Sequence record: MW812339.1
Reading direction: 5' to 3' (one strand)
DNA: 64,000 bases
Part shown: positions 1 through 9,662 of the stretch, piece by piece
Layout: the number at the start of each line of letters is the position of its first letter
Position numbering within the stretch: the first letter of the stretch is position 1
Notes under the pieces: generated by a model
What the model was told of the DNA's origin: nothing
The model's input: only the letters and a program-made list of their open reading frames with translations
Databases searched by the model: none
Translations under genes and position numbers: made by a program

Positions 1-766
1 TACGTACGTCCATTGCCTGGAGAATGATTAAGAACCATCGCCAAGTGATTGCTTCGGTGTGGCGTAACGCCTGTTTCATGTTGTTGCGACGGTCGCCGCG
101 TTTAGAGGAGGTACCGGGACACAGCTTCGGGTTATTAACGTAGTTGGTTGACCAACGTTCCCAGTTGTCGGGTGTGATGCCATACCCAGCCACCAGGCGA
201 TAGATAATCCGGAGCAAAGGATGTTTCATTACGTGGGTGTACGTATACACCGGGTCAATCATGTAGACGTTAACGTCCTTTGACGCGGTGTTGTCGAAAC
301 GCTCCTTACGCTTACGTTTGTTTTCGTCACGCAGGTTCTTGATGAAGTCTGGGCGTACCCAAGTTCCATCCGTCACCTTACAAACGGAGTCGAAATTCCC
401 GCGCTTGGTTTCGATGGTGATGATCAGTTGTTCCTGTTTCATCACCGCCAAGCCTTCAATAAAACGCTTCCAGGTCAAGTCCGCAGGAAAGTCCTGAGAA
501 CTACCGCCAGTCAACGCTGTCATCAAACGGTTAGTTCGGTCGATAACGGTGGTGCGTTTACTGTCACGGAACTGCTTCAAGTACATCGGATCATTGACAT
601 GATCTTTCAGCATCTCACGCCACATTCCCGAAGAAATCTTCTGCGCGAGTATTAAATCCCAGAAAGCAGCTTGTAGCGGTCGACCCGCTGGGTTGATTGG
701 TGGTCTCTCGCCATCCATGAGCATCTTAAAGTTGCTCAGACGACGAGACTTTTTCTCATCTTCCAT
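1..766 (-). CDS. Hypothetical phage protein, partial (runs off window start)
   Basis: Hand-translated, not in ORF track: ATG at 766 (MEDEKKSRRLSNFKML...), open to the window edge; two similar segments (LTWKRFIEGLAVM / ITWRWFLIILQAM). Confidence 0.75.
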   Translation of the reverse strand, partial: MEDEKKSRRLSNFKMLMDGERPPINPAGRPLQAAFWDLILAQKISSGMWREMLKDHVNDPMYLKQFRDSKRTTVIDRTNRLMTALTGGSSQDFPADLTWKRFIEGLAVMKQEQLIITIETKRGNFDSVCKVTDGTWVRPDFIKNLRDENKRKRKERFDNTASKDVNVYMIDPVYTYTHVMKHPLLRIIYRLVAGYGITPDNWERWSTNYVNNPKLCPGTSSKRGDRRNNMKQALRHTEAITWRWFLIILQAMDVR

Positions 767-797
767 AGATCACCTTGTTACAAGGGAACGAAATGAG

Positions 798-1331
798 TTA
801 GAGGTAGTGTTCCACTATAGTTTCTAACTCACGGAGGATATGCGCAGCTTGATTCGTCAAAACGTCTTGATCATTCGTCTGACGTTCAGTGAAGGCATTA
901 CGGTACGTGTCTAACAAAGCAAAAACATACAACATCTTGTCACGAGCAACCTCAGGGTCGGACGTACCAAAATATTGGTCGAGCCAACGTGGACTAATTC
1001 CCTCACCTTTCCGTTTAAGGTGGTCAGGGAACTCGAGCCACTGTTGATTAGGACGTGCGCTACTGGTAACGCGATTATACTCATCAATGAGAAACTTTAA
1101 CCGCTCCACGAGCGTGTCGAAATTACGAACTTGTAATTCCATCTGACCACGCAGCGTAATAGGACGATATTCTGTACCATTATATTCCAGAGGCTCTGTA
1201 ATGAGTTCTAAGCCTGCCATAACACGTGTAAAGGTATTATGGGTATTCTTATGAAACTCAGCCTCTAAAGAGCGTCTGCGGCCTTTAACGGCACTGCGAC
1301 GCAGGAGTGTTGAAAGCCATTTAAAAAGCAT
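798..1331 (-). CDS. Hypothetical protein (start moved to MLFKWL)
   Basis: Track ORF 798..1532; its 5' part overlaps divergent ORF 1407..1877, so ATG at 1331 is more plausible. Confidence 0.65.
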   Translation of the reverse strand: MLFKWLSTLLRRSAVKGRRRSLEAEFHKNTHNTFTRVMAGLELITEPLEYNGTEYRPITLRGQMELQVRNFDTLVERLKFLIDEYNRVTSSARPNQQWLEFPDHLKRKGEGISPRWLDQYFGTSDPEVARDKMLYVFALLDTYRNAFTERQTNDQDVLTNQAAHILRELETIVEHYL

Positions 1332-1406
1332 AGGTGTTATCCTAAATGAGAGATTGTCTCGGATAGATAATATCTGTCTGAGTTCTTTTTGAGATGAGGT
1401 TATCCC

Positions 1407-1877
1407 ATGAGCGAAGAAGTGAAATACCAAGCGTTCGACGGAGATGTGGACAACGAAGATTCGCTTCTCCGCCAAACCCAACAGCTGCGTGTCAAGATAG
1501 TTACCGACATGACCAACGAAGCTGGATTCCACACAGACCTGAAAGCAATTGACCGTGTCGAGCGTTTAATTAACGGTATCGATAAACAGGTCATGACCAA
1601 GCGCAAGATTAAGGCGGCCGAGAAAGGTGCAGAGGCAACTTCCGATTTGGCAAACAGTCTGAACGGCTTCTTAATGCAGCGCGGCGGCTTACACATCGGA
1701 CGCCACGACGATACCCCAGAGGATTTAAATGGTGGGTACCAACCCGTCATCCCGGAAATAGTCGCAGCGCGACCTACCAAAGACGGCGAGTTGGCACCAG
1801 TAGGCGAAAAAGTAGACGTAGACTCCATCATGGCAGCTGCGTTTAAGAGTCGCCCTCAGGATGACGACGAAGACTAA
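1407..1877 (+). CDS. Hypothetical protein
   Basis: 156-aa ORF with acidic termini, natural composition. Confidence 0.7.
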   Translation: MSEEVKYQAFDGDVDNEDSLLRQTQQLRVKIVTDMTNEAGFHTDLKAIDRVERLINGIDKQVMTKRKIKAAEKGAEATSDLANSLNGFLMQRGGLHIGRHDDTPEDLNGGYQPVIPEIVAARPTKDGELAPVGEKVDVDSIMAAAFKSRPQDDDED

Positions 1878-2553
1878 ACATCGCAGTGTCTTTGACATCG
1901 GTAGTAACGTATTGCGCGAGATAACGAGTGGACTCCTTAAAGGGGTTCGCTCCATCTCTTTTTATTAACGCAATTGTTTCCGCAGTCAATTCGCTGGTCA
2001 GCATACTCGGTCGTGTTATCGTGAACTCAGGGATTGGTTTCCCAAACCCGTTAGCGTGTTTCTTAATCCACGGATACCAGTCGTACATGACCCAGCCGTC
2101 CCATGCCGAAGCAAGGCGACCAGGGGTCAGTTCGTCGTGGGAGATACACACAACTTCGACGTTCACCATGTGATAATACGCACGCAGGTTCTCCAGAAAT
2201 GCCTGACGCTCTTCGTCATTCAAATCCATGTACGGCCACAGGTTAAAGGTCAGTTGCGGTCGTTCAATGGGGGAATGCATCTGAATGCTCAACAGCATCG
2301 CCTGCACTTCGTTCTTCAGCGTCAGTAAGAACTCGGTAGGCCCTGCGGTCTGCAACGCCCGCTTGTCCCGCTTCGCAAACACCTCATCCCAATTCTGAAT
2401 CCCCACCACTTCTGCCCACGCATCAGTAAACCTTCTCCGATAAATCTCCAAATCCAGTTTATCCATTACGTCAGGCTGTAACACCTGTGCTAACCCTAAA
2501 CGGGTATCAAACAGTGTATCAATGTCAACTAAGAAGCGGCGACCCAATCTCAT
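1843..2553 (-). CDS. Conserved jumbo-phage hypothetical protein (N-terminal FLVDIDTLFD)
   Basis: 236-aa ORF coupled to upstream RNAP gene by ATGA overlap. Confidence 0.7.
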   Translation of the reverse strand: MRLGRRFLVDIDTLFDTRLGLAQVLQPDVMDKLDLEIYRRRFTDAWAEVVGIQNWDEVFAKRDKRALQTAGPTEFLLTLKNEVQAMLLSIQMHSPIERPQLTFNLWPYMDLNDEERQAFLENLRAYYHMVNVEVVCISHDELTPGRLASAWDGWVMYDWYPWIKKHANGFGKPIPEFTITRPSMLTSELTAETIALIKRDGANPFKESTRYLAQYVTTDVKDTAMFSLRRHPEGDS

Positions 2554-3218
2554 TCTGGACGTCCTATGTTGTTACCGATGTGCATCGCCTTGAAGTAAGA
2601 CGACCAGGTACGAGTGGCTTTCGAACTGGTGCGCTCGGCACCCTCTAAACCAATACGACCTTTACCGGTCTGACGCAGCGACTGATAGAACGCACGCTGC
2701 AAAGTGTCGTTGCCCCCACGCGCCCACAGGAACTCTTGCAATGTAGAGTCGTGACCATCGGAGAACATGATGTACGCTTCGGGGAACGACACGCCCGATG
2801 CTTTAGAAGGACCCACAACCTGACCAGACAGTTTGTCGCGCACTTTGTCGTTCTTCGCTACAGCCATCTTCTTCTCTTGCATCTGCGTCTGACGACGTGC
2901 AGGCAGAGTCATAACCAGATGGGGGTAACGGGTACGCTGTAGGATACCGGTTTTCGGTTCCGTAAGCCACAGGCGCTGGCAAAGCTCCAGTCCCATGGCG
3001 CTACAAATCTTGATGTTGCGCATATGGTCAATCTTGACCTTACCGCCAGTCGGGTTGTAGATGGGAACCCCATCACGCAGACGCACAAACTCATCGTCTG
3101 ACATGCGTGCAAAGGCACGCTTCGCTGCTTCAGCGTTAATCCCGGTCGGGTCTACCAACTTCAAAAAATCGAGAGCATAGGCCTCTGCTTTCTTTCGCCG
3201 TGCCGGGTCTAGTCTCAT
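2550..3218 (-). CDS. Virion RNA polymerase beta subunit, C-terminal part (phiKZ gp149 / SPN3US gp218-like)
   Basis: GVSFPEAYIMFSDGHDSTLQEFLWARGGN aligns with RpoB C-terminal [31 protein letters not shown]; synteny with UvsX, RNase H and SbcC as in phiKZ-like phages. Confidence 0.75.
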   Translation of the reverse strand: MRLDPARRKKAEAYALDFLKLVDPTGINAEAAKRAFARMSDDEFVRLRDGVPIYNPTGGKVKIDHMRNIKICSAMGLELCQRLWLTEPKTGILQRTRYPHLVMTLPARRQTQMQEKKMAVAKNDKVRDKLSGQVVGPSKASGVSFPEAYIMFSDGHDSTLQEFLWARGGNDTLQRAFYQSLRQTGKGRIGLEGAERTSSKATRTWSSYFKAMHIGNNIGRPE

Positions 3219-3490
3219 TTCTTCGCCCTCTCTCGTAACACCGGCAACACAGCCCGTTCCAGATCTTCAATCCAGTAAGGTATGTCGTCAAAATGTTCAG
3301 GTACGCCAACAGCTTCAACCTTCACCACGTCATTGATTAGCTGACCGTAGTGCGTGTTGATTTCTTTGGCCACGATTTTTAAGTCATGCCGGGGTTCCGT
3401 AAAGGCAAGACGAAACGCCGCGCTTTTCTCCTGGTCGATACCCGCCAGCCCCAGAGAAAGACGCTCTACAATATCTTTCTGGTAACGCAT
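3215..3490 (-). CDS. Hypothetical protein
   Basis: 91-aa ORF overlapping RNAP gene start by 4 nt. Confidence 0.7.
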   Translation of the reverse strand: MRYQKDIVERLSLGLAGIDQEKSAAFRLAFTEPRHDLKIVAKEINTHYGQLINDVVKVEAVGVPEHFDDIPYWIEDLERAVLPVLRERAKK

Positions 3491-3503
3491 CGTGATTCCT
3501 CGA

Positions 3504-3528
3504 ATAAAAAAGGCGGGTTTCCCCGCCT
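3504..3528 (-). terminator. Intrinsic terminator after uvsX
   Basis: AGGCGGG-GAAA-CCCGCCT followed by TTTTTATT on minus strand. Confidence 0.7.
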
Positions 3529-3533
3529 CAGCA

Positions 3534-5015
3534 TTATTTTTTCTTGGTCAGGAACTTCGGTTCTAAACCATCAACAGCCATTGCCAGAAGTGACATTGCG
3601 GTCAGGCAGCGTTTACCACCTTTTACTTCCTGGTCTTTGAACATCCAGTATTCAACCGTGTTGTCCAGGATTTCGTTCCAGTCCCACTTCGCGCCGATGA
3701 GCTTGTACAGCTCTTCTGGCGTAATGTGATAACGCATTTCCAGACGATGGTAGTTGTTCTGCATGTACGCCATCGCAGACGTGATTTCCAGTGCACGACG
3801 AAGACGTTGGTTTTCGTCACACAAATCACGTACGGTGGTGCGCATGAACTTCGTACCAGGAAGAATGTGCAGTTCGTAGTTCGCGCCACTGCGATTGTAG
3901 CCGTAATCGGTTTTCAACGTAGTGGAGAGGTAGTGCCACAGAGAGAGGTGATACAGCAGACCCATCTCCTGAGAGAAAATCATCTTGAACTTCACGCCAG
4001 TATGGCCGCCTTTCGCACGGTACTGGGTAAAGACAATTTCTTTCAGGTCGTTTACTGACGCGTTCATTGCTTTTGAACGTGCAGTCGGGTACTTCTCTTC
4101 GTTAACACCGGTCTTCGCGTTGTAGGTACCGTCTTCCTTACACTCACCAGATTTGGTTGCTACCAGCAGGGAGTTGGTTAAGAAGGACAGTTGACGACGC
4201 GGAATACCCGCGAACTTCAAATCATCACCGGCGTCATCGAGCAGCTTGGCATTTGCCTTTGGTGCGCCACGACCGGCGTTCATTGCTTTACCAGCATCAT
4301 CAGCCAGCTGAGCAACGAAGCCCATGTAGAAGCCGCCACGTGCAAACGCTGACGGCCAACGGCTCATCATGTTTGATTTCTGCAACGCATCGTGGGCGTT
4401 CAGGATGTTCTGTTCGGAATCACCGACTTCTGACTTCGCGTGCTTGTCTTCCAGAGAAGAGGTGTGCCACTCAGACAGGGAGTCGATGGAGTACAACCAC
4501 GGGTCGAGAATCTTTTTCAGCGCACGACGAACCGGGTCAGGGAATGGCGTTTCACGCGCCTTGCCCTTCATGTACTCTTTGAAGCGTTCTTCAACTTCAT
4601 CACGAATGTAGGTCGAGTAATACTCTTCCCCAGGCATGATGTCCGAACCGACCATGTTGTAACGCTGTTCGTGAATCAGGTCCAGCACGCTACCGCCTTC
4701 GAGGCCGTTAGCTTTCGCCGCAGAGATATAGCCTGTTTCCAGACGACTCAGCGCCGCAGTAACTTCGGTGTCGTACTTTGACCCCCAAGCTGCATTGTAA
4801 CGTTGCAAAATCATGAAAATACAGAAGTCCATCAGTGTAGACTTAAAGGTGTTCCCACGACCTGCGAAGCCCATGATGTGGGCGAAACCACCGTTCAGGT
4901 AGTACAAACCATCTTCACCCTTCTCGTAATTACCAAGAGCGTGATCCATGATGGTGTAGACGTTAAAACGTGGGCGAATCACTTCGCCCATAACTTGTTT
5001 AGCTGGACCTGCCAT
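3534..5015 (-). CDS. uvsX: UvsX/RecA-like recombinase
   Basis: Walker A GFAGRGNTFKST, Walker B YSIDSLS, GFVAQL motif, FRAKGG-like YRAKGG; 493 aa as in phiKZ-type UvsX. Confidence 0.8.
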   Translation of the reverse strand: MAGPAKQVMGEVIRPRFNVYTIMDHALGNYEKGEDGLYYLNGGFAHIMGFAGRGNTFKSTLMDFCIFMILQRYNAAWGSKYDTEVTAALSRLETGYISAAKANGLEGGSVLDLIHEQRYNMVGSDIMPGEEYYSTYIRDEVEERFKEYMKGKARETPFPDPVRRALKKILDPWLYSIDSLSEWHTSSLEDKHAKSEVGDSEQNILNAHDALQKSNMMSRWPSAFARGGFYMGFVAQLADDAGKAMNAGRGAPKANAKLLDDAGDDLKFAGIPRRQLSFLTNSLLVATKSGECKEDGTYNAKTGVNEEKYPTARSKAMNASVNDLKEIVFTQYRAKGGHTGVKFKMIFSQEMGLLYHLSLWHYLSTTLKTDYGYNRSGANYELHILPGTKFMRTTVRDLCDENQRLRRALEITSAMAYMQNNYHRLEMRYHITPEELYKLIGAKWDWNEILDNTVEYWMFKDQEVKGGKRCLTAMSLLAMAVDGLEPKFLTKKK

Positions 5016-5030
5016 TTAGCGCTCCGTCGA

Positions 5031-5339
5031 TTAGCGTTTTACTGATTTCAGTGGAAGAAGGAGACGACGCTTGTGCCAGTGATCAAAGAACTGTTCAGCC
5101 CAGACAGTGACTTCTTCGTCTTTTTCTGGGCATGGATTTTTGATATCACGGAAACGGTTTTTGTTGCGGTCGTCAATCTCGATTTCAAGTACACGTTTGC
5201 CATCACTGCGGGTGGTGACATTGATGATATTGCCGATAACAATCGGGCTGCCATCTGCGTTTTTCTTCGCCGGAGTGGTGTAGATTTCTTTCTCCAGACG
5301 AGCAGTCAGGACACGAGTCAGTAATTTGATTTTCATCAC
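5031..5339 (-). CDS. Hypothetical protein
   Basis: 102-aa ORF directly upstream of uvsX. Confidence 0.65.
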   Translation of the reverse strand: MMKIKLLTRVLTARLEKEIYTTPAKKNADGSPIVIGNIINVTTRSDGKRVLEIEIDDRNKNRFRDIKNPCPEKDEEVTVWAEQFFDHWHKRRLLLPLKSVKR

Positions 5340-5433
5340 TAGTTACCTTTGGCTGTTCTCGTTCATAAGGTTTGGACAAAACGTAAAAAGACTTACTATG
5401 TAGCCCAATCCCTTATATATCGAGGTTGATAGA

Positions 5434-6189
5434 ATGAATGTTAATCCACTTGCAGCGTTGTCGGGCTTTGTTGCCAAAGCGTCTACGATTCTGCCTAAAG
5501 CCTTTGGTGGCCCTCAACAGGAACTCGCGCTGACCACTTATGACGACATGTCTGATGTGTCCAAGTGGATGCAGCAAGAGAAGTTTTTAAACTTCACTGG
5601 AATGCTTGTTCCGGTACCCCCAGGCTTCAACACGTACGTGATGGACCACATAGAACGGTTGGAATCTGTATGGGATGTACTCCAGAAGATCCAAGAAGGT
5701 GTTCTCGGTCCTATCGACAAGAGCTTTGCAGCTCAAACGCATGACCTGGGTATGCTGTCTTTACCGGTTGGTTTCAAGTTCAAAGATGTGAACTATCCGC
5801 TGAAGAACATCAACCCGAAAGACCTGGTTGAGAAACTCGCCAAGTCCTACTCCAACACGGTGATTGACCAGCGTCCAATCGAAAAGACCTACCATAAGGC
5901 CGGTGAGATTGATGTCGCGTTCAACCGTGCAAAAGCGCTGAACCTGGAAATCACCAAAAAGCTGAAGAACGGTATCGACCGTACTATCGAAAGCATCAAC
6001 AGTTCTGTTGACATCATCGCTAACTCAAACGTGCATCCGAACTGTGCCGCCGAGTTGTCGAAGATGGCTGATACTGGTGCCGACTGGGTTGAACTGTTTG
6101 GCCTGTTCATGAAACAGGTTAACGAACTGACCGAATGCCTGAACATCACAGGCGACCGTCTGAAAGCGCTGAAAGCAAACAAAAAATAA
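5434..6189 (+). CDS. Probable virion structural protein
   Basis: 251-aa helical ORF divergent from uvsX; position matches virion gene next to UvsX in phiKZ-like phages (synteny inference). Confidence 0.6.
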   Translation: MNVNPLAALSGFVAKASTILPKAFGGPQQELALTTYDDMSDVSKWMQQEKFLNFTGMLVPVPPGFNTYVMDHIERLESVWDVLQKIQEGVLGPIDKSFAAQTHDLGMLSLPVGFKFKDVNYPLKNINPKDLVEKLAKSYSNTVIDQRPIEKTYHKAGEIDVAFNRAKALNLEITKKLKNGIDRTIESINSSVDIIANSNVHPNCAAELSKMADTGADWVELFGLFMKQVNELTECLNITGDRLKALKANKK

Positions 6190-6237
6190 AAGTAGAAGCT
6201 CTGCCTACCCCTAGGGGTAGGCAGGCTTTTTATTTTC
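6181..6237. terminator. Bidirectional intrinsic terminator
   Basis: Perfect palindrome CTGCCTACCCCTAGGGGTAGGCAG (6201..6224) with A-tract upstream and T-tract downstream, between convergent genes. Confidence 0.85.
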
Positions 6238-6240
6238 ACG

Positions 6241-6783
6241 CTAGAATTTACCAACGGTGATGTTCTGCATCGGCTCTACTACGATAAGGATTTCTTTCAG
6301 GCGAGAGGTGATGTGCTCCCAAATCTGTGCTTCTAATCCACGCAGCGCTTTACGCACATGAGTCATGAACACCGGTTTGAACTCTGCCTTATTGAAACCG
6401 TCGTACGCTGCCCGCAGCGACTTACCTTCTTCACCTGCGTAGCGAAGCATATGATCGACTTGGTTTTCTTCATCGAAGTTCTTCTCGATGTTTTCGATGG
6501 CCTCGTCGACTTTCAACTCAACCGTAAAGCGCCCCATCTTCGCCTGTACGAAACCATCTTCATTGTCTTCATCGCTATAAGAGAACTCGGCGATGGTACG
6601 ACTCAGCTTCATGGTTTCTTCAATAGCAATCTGGGTGTACGCCATCCCGATGAGTCCGGCATGGTGCGGCGTGTCAACCATCTTCGGCAAGACGTAATCT
6701 TCCACTTCACGTTTCAGATTGAACATCGCCGCCGGGAAGACCTCGCGGAACTCGTCGTCGAGCAGGTCGATATAAATTTTCAT
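6241..6783 (-). CDS. Hypothetical protein (probable paralog of 6780..7316)
   Basis: 180 aa; N-terminus MKIYIDLLDDEFREVFPAAMFNLKREVE resembles neighbour. Confidence 0.75.
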   Translation of the reverse strand: MKIYIDLLDDEFREVFPAAMFNLKREVEDYVLPKMVDTPHHAGLIGMAYTQIAIEETMKLSRTIAEFSYSDEDNEDGFVQAKMGRFTVELKVDEAIENIEKNFDEENQVDHMLRYAGEEGKSLRAAYDGFNKAEFKPVFMTHVRKALRGLEAQIWEHITSRLKEILIVVEPMQNITVGKF

Positions 6784-7316
6784 ACAGCCTGGTTCCCGTA
6801 TTTTTCGCCGAGATAAATCAACTCACGACGACAGATGGTCAGCACCTGCATCTCTGCAGCACGATACAGTTCTTTGACTTTCTCCACAATAGGAGTATCG
6901 ACGATTTCTGACCACGTTACCGTATCAGTGACTTGCGCAGATTGCCCGTTGATGAGTACAGCCACGTAAGTCTCGCCGAGATTTTCCTGATGCAGATTAG
7001 CCAGTGATTCGCCCGCGCGTTCGAACGCATGACTTAACAGGTCGGTAATCTGATCAGCACCTTCGATCAGCTCGTAGCGGTGTGGGTAGTTGAAGATGTT
7101 ACGCAGACGTGTGAACATTCTTTCTACCAACTGATTAACCATCGCATCGGTATCGTAGATGGCCACATCAGCACCACCGTTCTCATCAGAGAGACGGTTC
7201 TCATGCACAGCCAACGCATCATGCAGTTCGAACTCCACATTCTTCTTCAAGTCCATGAACACCTTATCAAGCTGTTCACGTGACTCCGACAATGCGAAGT
7301 CAATGATGATTTGCAT
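6780..7316 (-). CDS. Hypothetical protein (probable paralog of 6241..6783)
   Basis: 178 aa; N-terminus MQIIIDFALSESREQLDKVFMDLKKNVE. Confidence 0.75.
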   Translation of the reverse strand: MQIIIDFALSESREQLDKVFMDLKKNVEFELHDALAVHENRLSDENGGADVAIYDTDAMVNQLVERMFTRLRNIFNYPHRYELIEGADQITDLLSHAFERAGESLANLHQENLGETYVAVLINGQSAQVTDTVTWSEIVDTPIVEKVKELYRAAEMQVLTICRRELIYLGEKYGNQAV

Positions 7317-7326
7317 CTAATGCTCC

Positions 7327-7806
7327 TTATAGGTTGCTCGCTAACAGGTTTTCTTCTTTGAACCAATACTGACAGGCCACCAGATCAATGATGTTGTAAT
7401 CGAGATTACCGCCGTGTTCTGCAGTGTTGAGTATCTCCCGACCCATCTTGTAAACCAGTTCCCTGCGTTGCTCTAACAAGTCCGCCAGCACATTCAACAC
7501 TTCTTCCCGAGTATCCGGTTGTCCGAGTACGCGGTGTTTCATGGTGAGGTGTGCTAAAATGTCATTGAGCGTTTCTTTCGTAATGGTGCCACTCGAGTAG
7601 ACCGATTCCAGTACCTTTAACGATAAAAGAATCAAAGCATCGGCAACCACGGTATAAACCCATCCGCGATTGCCTTTTATCTCTACCCGCTTAAACCAGT
7701 CCTGCAAATCCATTAAGGACTCGCTGTATACCTTTAACATAACGCCCCCAGTTATTTGGTAAGCGGCCACACTCCTGGTGACGGTATCGCTTCGAGTCCA
7801 CGCCAC
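7327..7806 (-). CDS. Hypothetical protein (start uncertain, possibly MLKVYS)
   Basis: ORF in a continuous minus-strand run. Confidence 0.6.
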   Translation of the reverse strand: MAWTRSDTVTRSVAAYQITGGVMLKVYSESLMDLQDWFKRVEIKGNRGWVYTVVADALILLSLKVLESVYSSGTITKETLNDILAHLTMKHRVLGQPDTREEVLNVLADLLEQRRELVYKMGREILNTAEHGGNLDYNIIDLVACQYWFKEENLLASNL

Positions 7807-8123
7807 TTCGTAATAATAAGCTGCGGAGCCTTACCGATTCGATTGATATCAAAACCAACCGTCGCTACCACGTCTGCTTCCATTTCGAGTTTAGAGTATC
7901 CACCCACCGAACGTTGCGCAATCAAGGCAATCTTCTGGCCTTTGATAGCCGTGTCGCGTATCACACGTGCCATAGTGCACATCGACGGTGTGATTGCATC
8001 CGTCACTGCTGACTGTAGCGTAGTGGTGTTCAGCCAGTTAACTGAATCCTCCTCGACAATCAGCAACACCAAACCTTCTTTGTAAAACTGACCTACCAAT
8101 GAGATAAATTCATCTTGCGTCAT
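7752..8123 (-). CDS. Small protein resembling the C-terminal half of a DnaB/RecA fold
   Basis: IALIAQR...SKLEMEADVV...LIITKWRG resembles DnaB H3/H4/arginine-finger region; no Walker A. Confidence 0.45.
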   Translation of the reverse strand: MTQDEFISLVGQFYKEGLVLLIVEEDSVNWLNTTTLQSAVTDAITPSMCTMARVIRDTAIKGQKIALIAQRSVGGYSKLEMEADVVATVGFDINRIGKAPQLIITKWRGLEAIPSPGVWPLTK

Positions 8124-8135
8124 TTTAATGCTCCG

Positions 8136-8873
8136 TCAATAGTTGTTCAGTCGTTTGGCCACATCGTCGTTTATCCGACACATCGTCGTCAGCTCTCCGT
8201 TAGGAATCTGACTCACGCAGTTGTCGGTGTAAAAGAGTCCGTGACAAAGGTAAAACTCAAGGGTCATCATGTCGGTTTGTTCGTGGAACTTGGTACCGAA
8301 GCCGTACTGCCAAGGACCATAGTAGAGCGCCTCAAAATCACCGTCCTGAATACCAAACGCTACGCTGGAACTTTGCCATAGCGTTGAGGAAGTGGCGTAC
8401 GTGTCGTACCAGTAACCCAGCAACCTGTAGTTCTGTTTAATCACGCGGAGGTCTTCGTGTACGGTAATCAGGACACTTTCAACCTGATTCACGAAGTCTT
8501 CCTGCATGAGTTTCTCAGTAAACCACTCGATGTAATGGAAAACCTGCTCCTCTACATCCTGCTGCGATAAACCGGTCGCACAAATTCCTTCCTCGTAAGC
8601 ATAACCTTCGTAAACATCGGTCACGTTAACTTCAACATGCTCCAATGTAAACACTCTGCTCGTGTTCAGGCAATCGTACATCTCTTGTAACCATGCCGTG
8701 AACACTTCAATGCAGGTGTTAATAGACGTGTACTTAAACTCGTCTTCCAACGGATACCACTGCGGATTGTTCTTCAACACACCCTGCAAGTATCCTTCCC
8801 AGTGCCGATAAAACAACGCCTCAAACAACTGAGGCGTAATGTTCAATAGCGCCGGCACCTCAACTTTCAACAT
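8136..8873 (-). CDS. Hypothetical protein
   Basis: 245-aa acidic, aromatic-rich ORF with AAGGAG RBS. Confidence 0.8.
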   Translation of the reverse strand: MLKVEVPALLNITPQLFEALFYRHWEGYLQGVLKNNPQWYPLEDEFKYTSINTCIEVFTAWLQEMYDCLNTSRVFTLEHVEVNVTDVYEGYAYEEGICATGLSQQDVEEQVFHYIEWFTEKLMQEDFVNQVESVLITVHEDLRVIKQNYRLLGYWYDTYATSSTLWQSSSVAFGIQDGDFEALYYGPWQYGFGTKFHEQTDMMTLEFYLCHGLFYTDNCVSQIPNGELTTMCRINDDVAKRLNNY

Positions 8874-8906
8874 GTTACATGCTCCTTAAGGTGGTAAGGC
8901 TCCTGC

Positions 8907-8926
8907 AGATAATATCTATCTCAAAT
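8907..8926 (-). promoter_or_regulatory. Candidate phage early promoter, copy A
   Basis: ATTTGAGATAGATATTATCT on minus strand; related 20-mers at 25282, 27352, 31127. Confidence 0.6.
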
Positions 8927-9661
8927 CAGTTTCGTTACAATGCCGAGTTCGGCAGCTCTTGTAAGAACGAAGTAATCGATGTCGCCCGATTCATCAGAAT
9001 GGATATCGTCCGGATCAAGCAGATAGCCACCGATATCGTCGGTCAGCACCCACGCGTCACCCTGACGAAAAATACCCATCGGGTTATCAACTACAGGCAA
9101 CACTAGTTCAGAATAGTTATTTGCCGTCGCCTTACGTTCCAACTCTGTACCGTCCAAAACAAAGAGATGGCACAATCTTCGGTCTTTCAGAGAACGATGA
9201 AATTCAACACGGTCGTACCAGATAATCTCCGGTTTACCGTCTTCATCGGTGGCGATGTTAGCCAGCTCCCGCCAGAAACGATCCAGATACCAGTTTAACG
9301 CACCGGTAATCAGCGCGTTCGGTTTTAGCATCCGGACATGCTCGTCGTACAGCTCCTGTATTCCCCAAACGCGAATATCGGCAGCAACGATTTCTGGCAG
9401 CTTTGGATGTTGTGGTTTAACCGGGATCGGTAACGGCTCTAACGTCCGGGCATTGAAACGAGCAATCGTGTCGGTAATCAGCTCGGCTACTCTATCGATT
9501 GCTGCCTCGAAACCGATATGTTGAATTTCTACATATTCGTCAAAACGATCGCGCGCATGACGCAAACCATACGTCTTCCACGACATCCACCCGTACTGCT
9601 CCAAACACTCGATGAGACTTTGAGTGTGGAGCGTGAGCATTTCACTCACGACTCGCTTCAT
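8921..9661 (-). CDS. Hypothetical protein
   Basis: 246-aa ORF starting immediately after RNase H stop. Confidence 0.75.
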   Translation of the reverse strand: MKRVVSEMLTLHTQSLIECLEQYGWMSWKTYGLRHARDRFDEYVEIQHIGFEAAIDRVAELITDTIARFNARTLEPLPIPVKPQHPKLPEIVAADIRVWGIQELYDEHVRMLKPNALITGALNWYLDRFWRELANIATDEDGKPEIIWYDRVEFHRSLKDRRLCHLFVLDGTELERKATANNYSELVLPVVDNPMGIFRQGDAWVLTDDIGGYLLDPDDIHSDESGDIDYFVLTRAAELGIVTKLI

Positions 9662-9662
9662 C

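Noticed and set aside
1843-2553. HAD-family phosphatase call from DIDTLFD
   Set aside because: Only a motif-I-like string is visible; motifs II-IV were not identified.
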